From NCBI RefSeq assembly GCF_000196355.1, contig NC_007614.1, positions 2,970,001 through 3,002,000 on the forward strand: a stretch of DNA of 32,000 nucleotides. Reading direction: 5' to 3'. The stretch is from Nitrosospira multiformis ATCC 25196 (GTDB lineage: Bacteria; Pseudomonadota; Gammaproteobacteria; Burkholderiales; Nitrosomonadaceae). Numbering within the stretch: the stretch's first letter is position 1; every line of letters starts with the position of its first letter. The notes beneath the pieces are model-generated. The model did not search any database. It saw only the letters and a program-made list of their open reading frames with translations, and was not told the origin of the DNA. Positions 18,936 through 27,895 of this stretch are shown piece after piece. The position numbers and the translations under genes were made by a program.

Positions 18936-20387
18936 ATGAACAGAAAATGGTATTCGGGCATGGCAAGCACCGAGGATTGGTGGGCTGTGTGGCTGGGGCT
19001 GATCATGTTTCTTGCAAGCGTGAGTTCCCTCTGGGGATGGGATCTCACTGGCTGGATGGCAAAAACCAGCACCTGGGTTTGGGGAAAATTCTCGATTGAA
19101 ACGGCATTGAAACCCAGCGGCAAGGTGGCGCTGCATCCCGCCATGTCGTTGCTGGTCACCTATCTGGTATTCACCACGCTGACCTGCATTGCCGCATGGG
19201 CGATGAAGCTCGATGTAAAGCGATTCTTTGCCGCATGGACCGTGCTTTTTGTGCTGACCTGGATTGCCTGGATCATCGGGCAGGAAGCCCATTTCAAGGT
19301 GCCGGTGCACGAGTTCGCCAAGCATGACCTGTCCTGGGGATTGTCCCTTGGCGGCGGCTTCTCCTACCTGCTCGCCCTCGTGATCGGGCTGATTATCGGA
19401 AATTTCTTCAAGGGAACAGCTGCGTTTCTGAGTGAAGCCGCGAAACCGGAATGGTTCATCAAGACTGCCATCGTGTTTCTCGGCATCAAGATCGGCGTCA
19501 TGTCCATGGAGGCGGCGAGCTTCATTCGTGAACTGGTCCTGACGGGCATCGCGGCCACCTTTGTTGCCTACATGCTGTTCTGGCCAATCGTCTATGCGCT
19601 CGCCCGCAGAGGGTTCAAGCTGTCGCGCGAGGCTTCGGCCGTACTCTCTTCCGGTATTTCCATCTGCGGCGTCTCGGCCGCGATCGCCACCGCCGGCGCG
19701 ATCCGTGCCCGCCCCGTCATTCCAGTCGTCGTCTCGATACTGGTGGTGATCTTCGCCATGTTCGAGCTCATCATCCTCCCAGGGTTTTATGCTGCCGTAG
19801 CTCCCGGCCAGCCTATCGTCAACGGGTCTGCCTTGGGGCTGACGGTAAAAACCGATGGCGCCGATGCAGCCGCCGGGGCGATACTCGATGAACTGATGCG
19901 GGCGAATGCCCAGGCTAATGGCATAGTGTGGAAAGAAGGCTGGATCCTGATGGCCTCACTGACCACCAAAATCTGGATCGACGTGTTCATCGGCGTCTGG
20001 GCATTTCTGCTGGCACTGGTATGGGTATACAAGGTGGAGCGCAAGCCGGGGCAATCCAGAATCGGGCTCTCGGAGATCTGGCACCGCTTTCCCAAATTCG
20101 TACTGGGCTATCTGATCGTCTGGTTTTCCTATATCACACTTGCCTCAAGCGGGCCGGAAATTGCCAGGACCTTGCACAAAGCCGCGGAACCAGTGGAAGG
20201 CTCCATGCGCACCATGATGTTCATGCTGACCTTCCTCAGCATCGGCACCATTACCGATTTCAGCAAGCTCAAGGGAATGGGCAGGCTGGCGCTGCTTTAT
20301 GCGATTGCCCTGTTCGGGATCATCGCCCCGATTGCTTACGGTGTTGCATGGATATTCCATCGGGGGATGATGCCGCCAGTGCTGTAA
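18936..20387 (+). CDS. YeiH-family putative sulfate exporter-type transporter
   Basis: 483 aa multi-TM; AVLSSGISICGVSAAIATAGAIRARP, FFKGTAAFLSEAAKPEWFIKTAIVFLGIKIG typical of the YeiH/UPF0324 family. Confidence 0.88.
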   Translation: MNRKWYSGMASTEDWWAVWLGLIMFLASVSSLWGWDLTGWMAKTSTWVWGKFSIETALKPSGKVALHPAMSLLVTYLVFTTLTCIAAWAMKLDVKRFFAAWTVLFVLTWIAWIIGQEAHFKVPVHEFAKHDLSWGLSLGGGFSYLLALVIGLIIGNFFKGTAAFLSEAAKPEWFIKTAIVFLGIKIGVMSMEAASFIRELVLTGIAATFVAYMLFWPIVYALARRGFKLSREASAVLSSGISICGVSAAIATAGAIRARPVIPVVVSILVVIFAMFELIILPGFYAAVAPGQPIVNGSALGLTVKTDGADAAAGAILDELMRANAQANGIVWKEGWILMASLTTKIWIDVFIGVWAFLLALVWVYKVERKPGQSRIGLSEIWHRFPKFVLGYLIVWFSYITLASSGPEIARTLHKAAEPVEGSMRTMMFMLTFLSIGTITDFSKLKGMGRLALLYAIALFGIIAPIAYGVAWIFHRGMMPPVL

Positions 20388-20468
20388 TAGCGAACGCGGC
20401 GACTGAGGGAAGGGAAACTGTGTTCTATTTGAGCAGCTTGGCCGAGATGAAGCCAGAAGCTTTGTATG

Positions 20469-20903
20469 CTATTCCTCTACGCTGATACCGGAGCCACCCA
20501 TTTCCTTTGGGAGATCCTTCATCTTGGGCAATCCGTCCTTGATGCGCAATACCGTTTCCTGATAGTTGACATGAATGCCGGGTCGATATGGAAAATCAGG
20601 AATGGCTGCTGCGTATACATCCGTAAGTCCCATGTCCGGATGCTCGGTGAAGAGATGACCGCCACAGGTTTTGCACCATTTGCGATAGCTGCGCGGCGTT
20701 TTGTTGTAGGTGCCGATGTTTTCCTCCCCTGATATGACCTGCACCGCTTCCGGTTTCCATAAGATGAAGGCGTTGACAGGCGAAGCCGACCAGTGGCGAC
20801 ACGATTCGCAGTGACAATAACCCATCGCTTCCGGCTTGCCGCTGACGGTAAACTGAACCGCGCCACAAAAACAACTGCCTTTGTAGGTTTTTTCGTTGTT
20901 CAT
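20469..20903 (-). CDS. GFA (glutathione-dependent formaldehyde-activating / CENP-V-like) family protein
   Basis: Zinc-binding motifs CFCGAVQF, CHCESCRHW, WCKTCGGHLFTEHPD. ATG at 20903 preferred over the ORF-track start at 20981. Confidence 0.9.
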   Translation of the reverse strand: MNNEKTYKGSCFCGAVQFTVSGKPEAMGYCHCESCRHWSASPVNAFILWKPEAVQVISGEENIGTYNKTPRSYRKWCKTCGGHLFTEHPDMGLTDVYAAAIPDFPYRPGIHVNYQETVLRIKDGLPKMKDLPKEMGGSGISVEE

Positions 20904-20970
20904 CGTAACAATCCATGTGCTGTAGCAGTCCCATGATAACCTCGATTTGTCGATTATTCCTTTACTGTGG

Positions 20971-21069
20971 TCATGTAACACGCTTTTGCCGACTTGAATA
21001 CCTTTTCAGGAAAGCCAGGTACCCAAGACCCACCAACATTAACAGTGCACTGGGAGGTTCTGGGACAGA
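20971..21069 (-). pseudogene. Orphan PEP-CTERM C-terminal sorting tail (gene remnant)
   Basis: Reverse strand ...VALASVPEPPSALLMLVGLGYLAFLKRYSSRQKRVT*: PEP motif, hydrophobic stretch, basic cluster, stop; no signal peptide or domain upstream in the frame. Confidence 0.7.
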
Positions 21070-21302
21070 GGCAAGTGCTACAGCGAATCTATCGGTATAT
21101 ACCGTGGCAGTCGAACACTGCCCTGGAATTTGTAGAAAGATTTGCATCGCGAACACGTGAGAAACGTGGGTCAGAGTTATCTGGCAGGAATGTATCAATA
21201 TCGAATGAAGTTGAGTTGAGTGCCACCCATCGGTTGTATTCTCGATATTACCGTTTTCATCAGCAAATCCAATCGCCGCTTAAGTACAAACAGAATGGCG
21301 CA

Positions 21303-23037
21303 CTACACTAGAAGCGATGCTAGGTCTTGGTCATCCATTTGTAATTCTCTCGCAGAGAGAAAATAATCGACTTTTGACTTTGCTTTTCCACTTTTAAAAA
21401 ACATCCTGTGCTGATATTTGACACCTTCTTCCTTCTTTTCTTGTTCTGCTGCTTTACTAACTACGTCTAACGCCTCTCCGTATAAGGCTTTTAATTTGTC
21501 GATATTGCCGTAAGTAATGTCAATTTTCATTCGTTCCGCAATGCTTCCGATGGCATATAAAATAAAATAGGTAGCATGCAAAACAAATACCCTGTCCATA
21601 TATTGATCTGGTTGATCGTTGATTTCCCGGCGGACCGCTAGTTTCTTACTCTCGATATCTTTGTAAATCAAATAAGACACGAGCAAGTGTTCTGCTGTCA
21701 GATGGTCTGAAAATATTTCATCATATTTATCGCTAAAAATACGCCTCTTTTCGTCTTTAGCTTCAGCCGGTTTTCCGAGTATGAAAGCCATTATTGCTTG
21801 GGCTGCTTTCTCTGCATCTATTACCTGTTGTTTCGGGAGATCCGAAAACATACCTTTTTTTCTTTCATAAAAGAATTTAAAAGTATTTTTAAGGTCTGCT
21901 TCGTACTTTCTCTGAGTAAAATCATTTGACCGAAGGTCTCTGCTTGCGACCGGATTTTGACTATTTGTAAACTCGGAAATACTTCCAATTAATTGTTCAT
22001 TCTTGGTTTCGTAAATCCGAACGAGTAAATCTGTCTCGTTTAGGCATTCTGGATTTTCCTTTAGTGCTTCATGCAACGCGTGAATTGTCTGGCATCCGTT
22101 CACTATCTGAAAATCCTTCAGTTCGAGAATGGGGCTGCGAACGGCTTTCGGATATTTAAATTCTGAACAAGTAACTGTGATGCCATTGTTATAGTAAAAA
22201 AATCGAAATCCTTCTTCCGAAGTGGCAGTCTCTTTGATCGCCTTGTTTATCTTCGATGATTTTTTAAGATAAACGCGCACATTTTCATCAAACGCGTCCT
22301 CCAATATGTCATACGAACCGAAGTCTAATGTCTCCCAGTCGGCCCTTTGGCGTGTTACTTCATCATCTAAAACGATCCTAATAACATCTCGAGCGTCGAT
22401 ATTGGCAATTAAGGCCCTCACATCTCCATCGGATTTTTCGAAGTAACTTTTGTCTATTAATTTTGTTTTAGCGGACAAATGCCTCTTCCCGCGTTTCGTA
22501 ATTCGCTCAATAATGTGATGTCCGAGAACCTGATGATGAGAAACATCAGAGAATCTTGAAAGATCAGAACTGAAGCGACGCCCCTCTTCGTCTGTTAGGC
22601 CCTTAAACTGGTTTGTGCAGAGATGGATTACAAAAGTCGGCGAAGTCGAGTCAAATAGAGACCATATATCCTCAATTTTAGCGAAAAGGGCTTGATTTAT
22701 CTCTTGCTTAAGGGCGTTTTCTTTGCTCAAAACTTTAGCTAGAAAAGAAACGACTTTGTCGGTTTCATCGGAAGGAAAGTTAGAATTAAGCTTTTCAAGT
22801 TTGTCAGTATATTTGAAGTTAAATAAATGGACTGTTGGACCATTGTCTTCATCGATAAAAACAGCATCTATGCCACGATCATGACCGGTACTTCCCTTCA
22901 TTGCCGACAAAAATGAGGTATCCGTAATTGCATCGATAGCATCATCTTCGGTAACGTCAAGGATCTGCATTAGGCTAAAAATCATAAATTTGTGGGAAAA
23001 ATCCAGCTTGTCTTCTCCCACTTTTTTGATTTGGTTT
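21303..23037 (-). CDS. AIPR (abortive infection phage resistance) family protein, body of gene interrupted by an IS near its 5' end; current ORF starts in the IS at 23054
   Basis: 578 codons of native sequence from RNQIKKVGEDKLDFSHKF; AIPR signature FRFFYYNNGITVTC...ILELKDFQIVNGCQTIHALHEA. The ORF track start MSPEP (23054) is encoded by the IS terminal repeat. Confidence 0.88.
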
Positions 23038-23053
23038 CTAGGCTCAGGACTCA

Positions 23054-23811
23054 TTAATTGAGATAGAAGATGACAGTTGCGGCGATACAGATGGCAGAGA
23101 AGAAGGTATGGGCACAGCGGTCGTAACGCATGGCGATCCTGCGCCAGTCCTTGAGCCGAGCGAACATGTTCTCGATCCTGTGCCTTTGCCTGTAGAGGGT
23201 CTTGTCGTATTTGATCTGGATTTTGCGATTCCTTTTTGTCGGTATGCAGGGCGTCATGCCTTTGGCACGCAACGCTGCCCGGAACCAGGCAGCGTCATAG
23301 CCGCGGTCTGCAATCAGGGTTTTGGCTTTGGGCAATGACGGCAGCAGCACACGTGCTCCCTTGTAATCGCTCATCTGCCCTTCGGACAGGAGCATGGCCA
23401 CAGGCTTGCCCTGACCGTCGCAGACCACATGAAGCTTCGAGTTCAGGCCGCCCTTTGTGCGACCGATACGGCGGGGAACATCCCCTTTTTTAGCAGGCTG
23501 GCTGCCGTGCGGTGGGCCTTCAGATGCGTGGCGTCGATCATCAGCCTCTCGGGCGTTTCCTCTTTACCGGTCAGTTCCACAAAGATGCGGTTGAACACGC
23601 CCAGTCGGCTCCAGCGCACGAAACGGTTATACAGTGTCTTGTGCGGCCCGTATTCCCTGGGGGCATCCTTCCATTGCAGGCCATTCCGAATGACGTAGAT
23701 GATCCCGCTGATCACCCGCAGATCATCAACACGGGGAACTCCGTGGGACAAGGGAAAATAAGGTTTTATACGGTTGAACTGTGTTTCCGACAGGTAAAAC
23801 AAATCTCTCAT
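23054..23811 (-). CDS. IS5-family transposase, orfA/orfB joined by probable -1 frameshift
   Basis: orfA 23443..23811 (MRDLFYLSETQFNRIKPYFPLSHGVPRVDDLRVISGIIYVIRNGLQWKDAP...) and orfB frame ending at 23054 (GDVPRRIGRTKGGLNSKLHVVCDGQGKPVAMLLSEGQMSDYKGA...ADRGYDAAWFR...YRQRHRIENMFARLKDWRRIAMRYDR). Confidence 0.93.
23485..23491 (-). promoter_or_regulatory. Probable programmed -1 frameshift heptamer
   Basis: Reverse strand A AAA AAG in orfA frame (CTA AAA AAG GGG ATG); slipping back one base gives GGG GAT GTT = orfB frame. Confidence 0.8.
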
Positions 23812-23884
23812 GGCAGCACCTCCGCCATAAGTGAATCACATTTGATCCTATTCGTGAATCATGAAATTAATAGGTCCTGAACCT

Positions 23885-23923
23885 AATTAAACTCAGGTCT
23901 TGAAGGTTGGGGGCGCGATTCAT
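23885..23923 (-). pseudogene. Detached 5' end of the AIPR gene
   Basis: Removing the IS and one TA copy gives a continuous frame MNRAPNLQDLSLI|RNQIKKVGEDKLDF... with ATG at 23923-23921. Confidence 0.75.
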
Positions 23924-24040
23924 ATTTGTTGTACAGATGTTTATTCTGGATTAGTCAACTCTGGCAGCAGAACTCCAGGCGGAGCATTCGGCTCGGTAAA
24001 AAGCCGATAATTCTGCTCAGATTCAACTAGCGAGCGAAAA

Positions 24041-24721
24041 TCACTTCCGGTTCAGGTATCGCTGCCTGGCTTGCTCAAAGAAAATCAATTCGGCTTGTGA
24101 ATGATTTCCGTAAGTTCGCCATTTCGGGTAGTAGTCGTTATCCGCTTCATTACCCCACGCCAGCCAATTCGGTCGTGTGCCACGAGCAAACAATTCCAGG
24201 TAAGGACCAGGACTACAGGACTCGATAATTTCATACATCTCGTCTGGCTTGCGCGAATGTTCACGTTTCTGGGTAGCCAGAAAATTAACCTGGCGACGTC
24301 CCGGCGCCAAAGTACGAGCACTCTTACCCCGCACTCCGAATAGCACGAGTTCGGTAACATTGCGAAAGTAGAAACCAACGCCGCGGCCGTCTGGTCCGCC
24401 ATCCTTGCGGATCTTGTGCCAGACTAGATTGCTCTTGTATTTGAAACCCCAGGCTTCCATGACCTTTAGCCCTTCCGGTAGAAGAGCATTCGGCACCCAC
24501 AGGTAAAGATGTGCGGTATCTTCGGCGAGCGCACGCACGGGTAAGCTCAGGATTTCATCAAGCTCCATAGTGTCGTAACGATTCAGCCGTTTGTGCTCCG
24601 GCGCCATCTTGCCGGTGCGGTTCTGGAACTGCCAGGGGGGATCGGCGAGGATCGTGCTGAAACGCTTGTCAGCAAGATGTTCCAGCAACTCTGCGGCTGG
24701 GTTAGGTGTTTTTTGATTCAT
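24041..24721 (-). CDS. MT-A70 family DNA adenine methyltransferase
   Basis: Catalytic DPPW in FSTILADPPWQFQNRTGKMAPEHKRLNRYDTM; LYLWVPNALLPEGLKVMEAWGFKYKSNLVWHKI; REHSRKPDEMYEIIESCSPGPYLELFAR. Confidence 0.94.
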   Translation of the reverse strand: MNQKTPNPAAELLEHLADKRFSTILADPPWQFQNRTGKMAPEHKRLNRYDTMELDEILSLPVRALAEDTAHLYLWVPNALLPEGLKVMEAWGFKYKSNLVWHKIRKDGGPDGRGVGFYFRNVTELVLFGVRGKSARTLAPGRRQVNFLATQKREHSRKPDEMYEIIESCSPGPYLELFARGTRPNWLAWGNEADNDYYPKWRTYGNHSQAELIFFEQARQRYLNRK

Positions 24722-25505
24722 ATTCTGCCCAATCCGTAATGAGATTTGGTGTAATACCTAGCGCTAATACTGGACAGCCTCCATGTCTGCCAGCATTCAG
24801 GCGGTACAACAGCTTGCCCATCCATGTTGTGCTCGCTCCATATTTTGTTTTAATAAGCTTCGGCTTGCCGTTCTTGCTGGTCTTGGGCGTACCATCGCTG
24901 TTTAGCTCAGGGCCCAGCTTTTCGAAAACGGCATTGAGTGAGGCGCTTCTCGTGAGGAGAATAGCGGCGTCGATCAGGTCACATTCATGAAAAGCGCGGA
25001 AGGCATAAAGATCCCGGTCAAACGTCTGGTCCTTGCTGTTCCACTCCAGGTCAAATGCAACACGTTTCTTGACGTAGTCCACCTTATGCCCATCAAGAAA
25101 ATTCTCCCGGACAATGCGCTCAACCTGGCCCTTGTTCTTGAGCTCCTCAATCTTTTCCAGCGTATCCGACTCGTTTTCTTCCATGCCCTCGAGATCTTTC
25201 TCCCCCAAGTTTTTGTCAATTGTTCCGGATACTTTGGTAATCAGCAAGTCTCCCTTGATGCGCGTTTCCATCCAGCCTTTTGCTCTTAGAAGCCCAGAGA
25301 TCCGTTTGGGAATATCGGATTCGTTGCCCCCAGGTTTACGGATATCCGCCAGCGTCAGGCGAAATACGCGGAGTGCCTCGATGATCTCCTGAAATTCGTT
25401 GGGACAACCGGTTGCCAAGACCTGCGCCGCGTTACGGTAATTATGAATTTCGTAAAGATCCCGGATGTCCTCGGGGATAAAAGCATCGATCGGATTCTCA
25501 CTCAT
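24702..25505 (-). CDS. Restriction endonuclease, BglII-like family
   Basis: 267 aa; VKKRVAFDLEWNSKDQTFDRDLYAFRAFHECDLIDAAILLTR matches the BglII-family core (acidic + E/Q-W-N-x-K, FDRDL); overlaps the methyltransferase by 20 nt. Confidence 0.82.
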   Translation of the reverse strand: MSENPIDAFIPEDIRDLYEIHNYRNAAQVLATGCPNEFQEIIEALRVFRLTLADIRKPGGNESDIPKRISGLLRAKGWMETRIKGDLLITKVSGTIDKNLGEKDLEGMEENESDTLEKIEELKNKGQVERIVRENFLDGHKVDYVKKRVAFDLEWNSKDQTFDRDLYAFRAFHECDLIDAAILLTRSASLNAVFEKLGPELNSDGTPKTSKNGKPKLIKTKYGASTTWMGKLLYRLNAGRHGGCPVLALGITPNLITDWAEYESKNT

Positions 25506-25534
25506 AAGGAAGTGCTATTGCTTTACAGGGAGCT

Positions 25535-26998
25535 TCACAAGTCCAAATCCGTCCACATCCCATCCACCCTTGCCTTCACCACCTCATCCATCGTAATCGG
25601 CTTGCCCCATTCCCGGCTGGTTTCCCCTGGCCATTTGTTGGTAGCATCCAGCCCCATTTTTCCACCCAGCCCTGAAACGGGGCTTGCGAAGTCGAGATAA
25701 TCGATAGGCGTGTTTTCCACGATCAATGTATCGCGCGCAGGATCGACTCGCGTGGTGATGGCCCAGATGACTTCCTTCCAGTCACGGATGTTGACGTCAT
25801 CATCGGTGACGATAATGAATTTGGTGTACATGAATTGCCGCAGGAAGCTCCACACGCCGAACATGATGCGCTTGGCGTGGCCAGCATATTGCTTCTTCAT
25901 GCTCACCACGGCCATGCGGTAGGAACAGCCTTCCGGCGGCAGGTAGAAATCGACGATTTCGGTGAACTGCTTTTGCAGCAGGGGCACGAATACTTCGTTC
26001 AGCGCTACACCCAGTATGGCGGGCTCATCCGGCGGCTTGCCAGTGTAGGTGGAATGGTAGATCGGATCGCGGCGCATGGTGATGCGCTCGATGGTAAATA
26101 CCGGGAAGGTTTCCTGCTCGTTGTAATAGCCGGTGTGGTCGCCGAAGGGGCCTTCCACCGCTGTCTCATCGGGATGGATGTATCCTTCCAGCACGATTTC
26201 GGCGCTGGCGGGAACCTGCAAATCGTGCGTCAGGCATTTGACGATTTCGGTTTTCGCGCCTCGCAGCAGTCCGGCGAACTGGTACTCGCTCAAACTATCC
26301 GGCACCGGAGTGACAGCACCGAGTATGGTTGCCGGGTCCGCCCCCAGGGCTACTGCAATGGGATAGGGCTGTCCCGGATTGGCAAGAGTGAAGTCGCGAA
26401 AATCGAGGGCGCCGCCTCGGTGAGCCAGCCAGCGCATGATGACTTTATTGGGGGCGATCACCTGCTGGCGGTAAATGCCGAGATTCTGCCGGGTCTTGTG
26501 GGGACCTTTGGTAACGGTCAGTCCCCATGTGATCAACGGGCCCGCGTCGCCCGGCCAGCACGTCTGGATCGGCAGTTTGCCGAGGTCCACATCCTTGCCT
26601 TCCCAGACGATTTCCTGGCAGGATGCCCTTGAGAGCTCCTTTGGCGCCATGTTGAGCACCTGTTTCAGCACGGGCAATTTCTCCCACGCGTCTTTCAAGC
26701 CTTTGGGAGGATCGGGTTCTTTCAGATAGGCAAGGAGCTTGCCCACCTCGCGCAGCGCCTCGACCGAATCCTGCCCCATGCCCATCGCCACGCGCTTCGG
26801 CGTGCCGAACAGGTTTCCCAGCACGGGAATGTCATGCCCCCTGGATTTTTCGAACAGGACGGCAGGACCGCCCGCTTTCAGCAGGCGGTCGCAGATTTCC
26901 GTCATTTCCAGATGAGGATCGATCTCGACTGCCACGCGTTTCAGCTCGCCCTGTCTTTCGAGTTGCGCAAGAAAATCGCGCAGGTCCTTGTACTTCAT
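25535..26998 (-). CDS. ubiD: 4-hydroxy-3-polyprenylbenzoate decarboxylase UbiD
   Basis: [22 protein letters not shown]...; [33 protein letters not shown]; [12 protein letters not shown]; [25 protein letters not shown]. Confidence 0.96.
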   Translation of the reverse strand: MKYKDLRDFLAQLERQGELKRVAVEIDPHLEMTEICDRLLKAGGPAVLFEKSRGHDIPVLGNLFGTPKRVAMGMGQDSVEALREVGKLLAYLKEPDPPKGLKDAWEKLPVLKQVLNMAPKELSRASCQEIVWEGKDVDLGKLPIQTCWPGDAGPLITWGLTVTKGPHKTRQNLGIYRQQVIAPNKVIMRWLAHRGGALDFRDFTLANPGQPYPIAVALGADPATILGAVTPVPDSLSEYQFAGLLRGAKTEIVKCLTHDLQVPASAEIVLEGYIHPDETAVEGPFGDHTGYYNEQETFPVFTIERITMRRDPIYHSTYTGKPPDEPAILGVALNEVFVPLLQKQFTEIVDFYLPPEGCSYRMAVVSMKKQYAGHAKRIMFGVWSFLRQFMYTKFIIVTDDDVNIRDWKEVIWAITTRVDPARDTLIVENTPIDYLDFASPVSGLGGKMGLDATNKWPGETSREWGKPITMDEVVKARVDGMWTDLDL

Positions 26999-27022
26999 TT
27001 ACGCCCTTTACGTCCGGAAACC

Positions 27023-27895
27023 TTAAGAAGCCGCTCTTACCAAGTAATCCAGCACGATACCGGCAAATATCGTCGCACCCACCCAGTTGTTGTGGAGAAA
27101 AGCCTTGAAGCAGCGCGCGCGGTCGCGGTCGTGGATCAGGCGGTATTGATACAGGATGAGTCCCAGCGCTGTGGCCAGGCCAATGTAATAAATGACACCG
27201 AGATTCTGCAGCAGGCCGATGGCAACCATGCCCGCGAGGAAAGCCATATGGCACAACACCACACCGACGACGTCGAAACGTCCGAACGTGATGGCGGAAG
27301 TCTTGATGCCGATCCGGAGATCGTCCACCTTGTCCACCATGGCGTATTCGGTATCGTAGGCGATCACCCACAACAGGTTTGCACCCATCAGGAACCAGGC
27401 AGGAAACGGCACTTCCCCGGTCTGGGCGGCGAATGCCATGGGGATGCCAAAGCTGAAGGCGATGCCGAGGTAAGCCTGCGGCATGGCAAAAAACCGCTTG
27501 GTGAAAGGGTAGCTTGCGGCCAGGAACAGGGCGACAAACGAAAGCTCGATGGTAAGCCGGTTCAGCGGCTGGATCAGCAGGAACGCCACGAGGCTCAACC
27601 CTGCAGCCAGCAGCAGCGCTTCCCTGGTGCTCACCGCTCCAAGTGCCAGGGGGCGGGTCCGGGTACGCTCGACATGTCCATCGAAATTGCGATCAGCATA
27701 GTCGTTGACGACACAACCGGCGGAGCGCATCAGCACCGTCCCCAGCACGAATATCAACAGGATATCCAACCGCGGCACACCTTCCGCTGCCAGCCACAAG
27801 CCCCATAGCGTGGGCCACAACAGCAGCAGAATGCCGATGGGCTTGTCCAGCCGCATCAGCTTTTCGTAATGCACGAGACGTTGAGTGAGTGTCAC
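27023..27895 (-). CDS. ubiA: 4-hydroxybenzoate octaprenyltransferase UbiA
   Basis: KLMRLDKPIGILLLLWPTLWGLWLA, NDYADRNFDGHVERTRTRPLA, YDTEYAMVDKVDDLRIGIKTSA. GTG start at 27895 overlaps ubiC stop by 4 nt. Confidence 0.95.
   Translation of the reverse strand: MTLTQRLVHYEKLMRLDKPIGILLLLWPTLWGLWLAAEGVPRLDILLIFVLGTVLMRSAGCVVNDYADRNFDGHVERTRTRPLALGAVSTREALLLAAGLSLVAFLLIQPLNRLTIELSFVALFLAASYPFTKRFFAMPQAYLGIAFSFGIPMAFAAQTGEVPFPAWFLMGANLLWVIAYDTEYAMVDKVDDLRIGIKTSAITFGRFDVVGVVLCHMAFLAGMVAIGLLQNLGVIYYIGLATALGLILYQYRLIHDRDRARCFKAFLHNNWVGATIFAGIVLDYLVRAAS

Larger units (their letters stand above)
23041..23883 (-). mobile_element. IS5-family (IS427-like) insertion sequence, 843 bp
   Basis: Terminal inverted repeats GGCTCAGGACTCATTAATT (23041-23059) and reverse complement of 23865-23883 GGTTCAGGACCTATTAATT (16/19 identical); flanking TA/TA duplication at 23039-23040 and 23884-23885; two-frame DDE transposase inside. 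Confidence 0.93.

Noticed and set aside
20971-21198. Intact 75 aa PEP-CTERM protein
   Set aside because: The N-terminal part (MIHSCQITLTHVSHVFAMQIFLQIPGQ...) is not a convincing signal peptide plus mature domain; only the tail is supported.
26834-27808. 324 aa and related plus-strand ORFs over ubiD/ubiA
   Set aside because: Antisense to ubiA/ubiD with strongly supported motifs; His/Gln-rich artefact translation.
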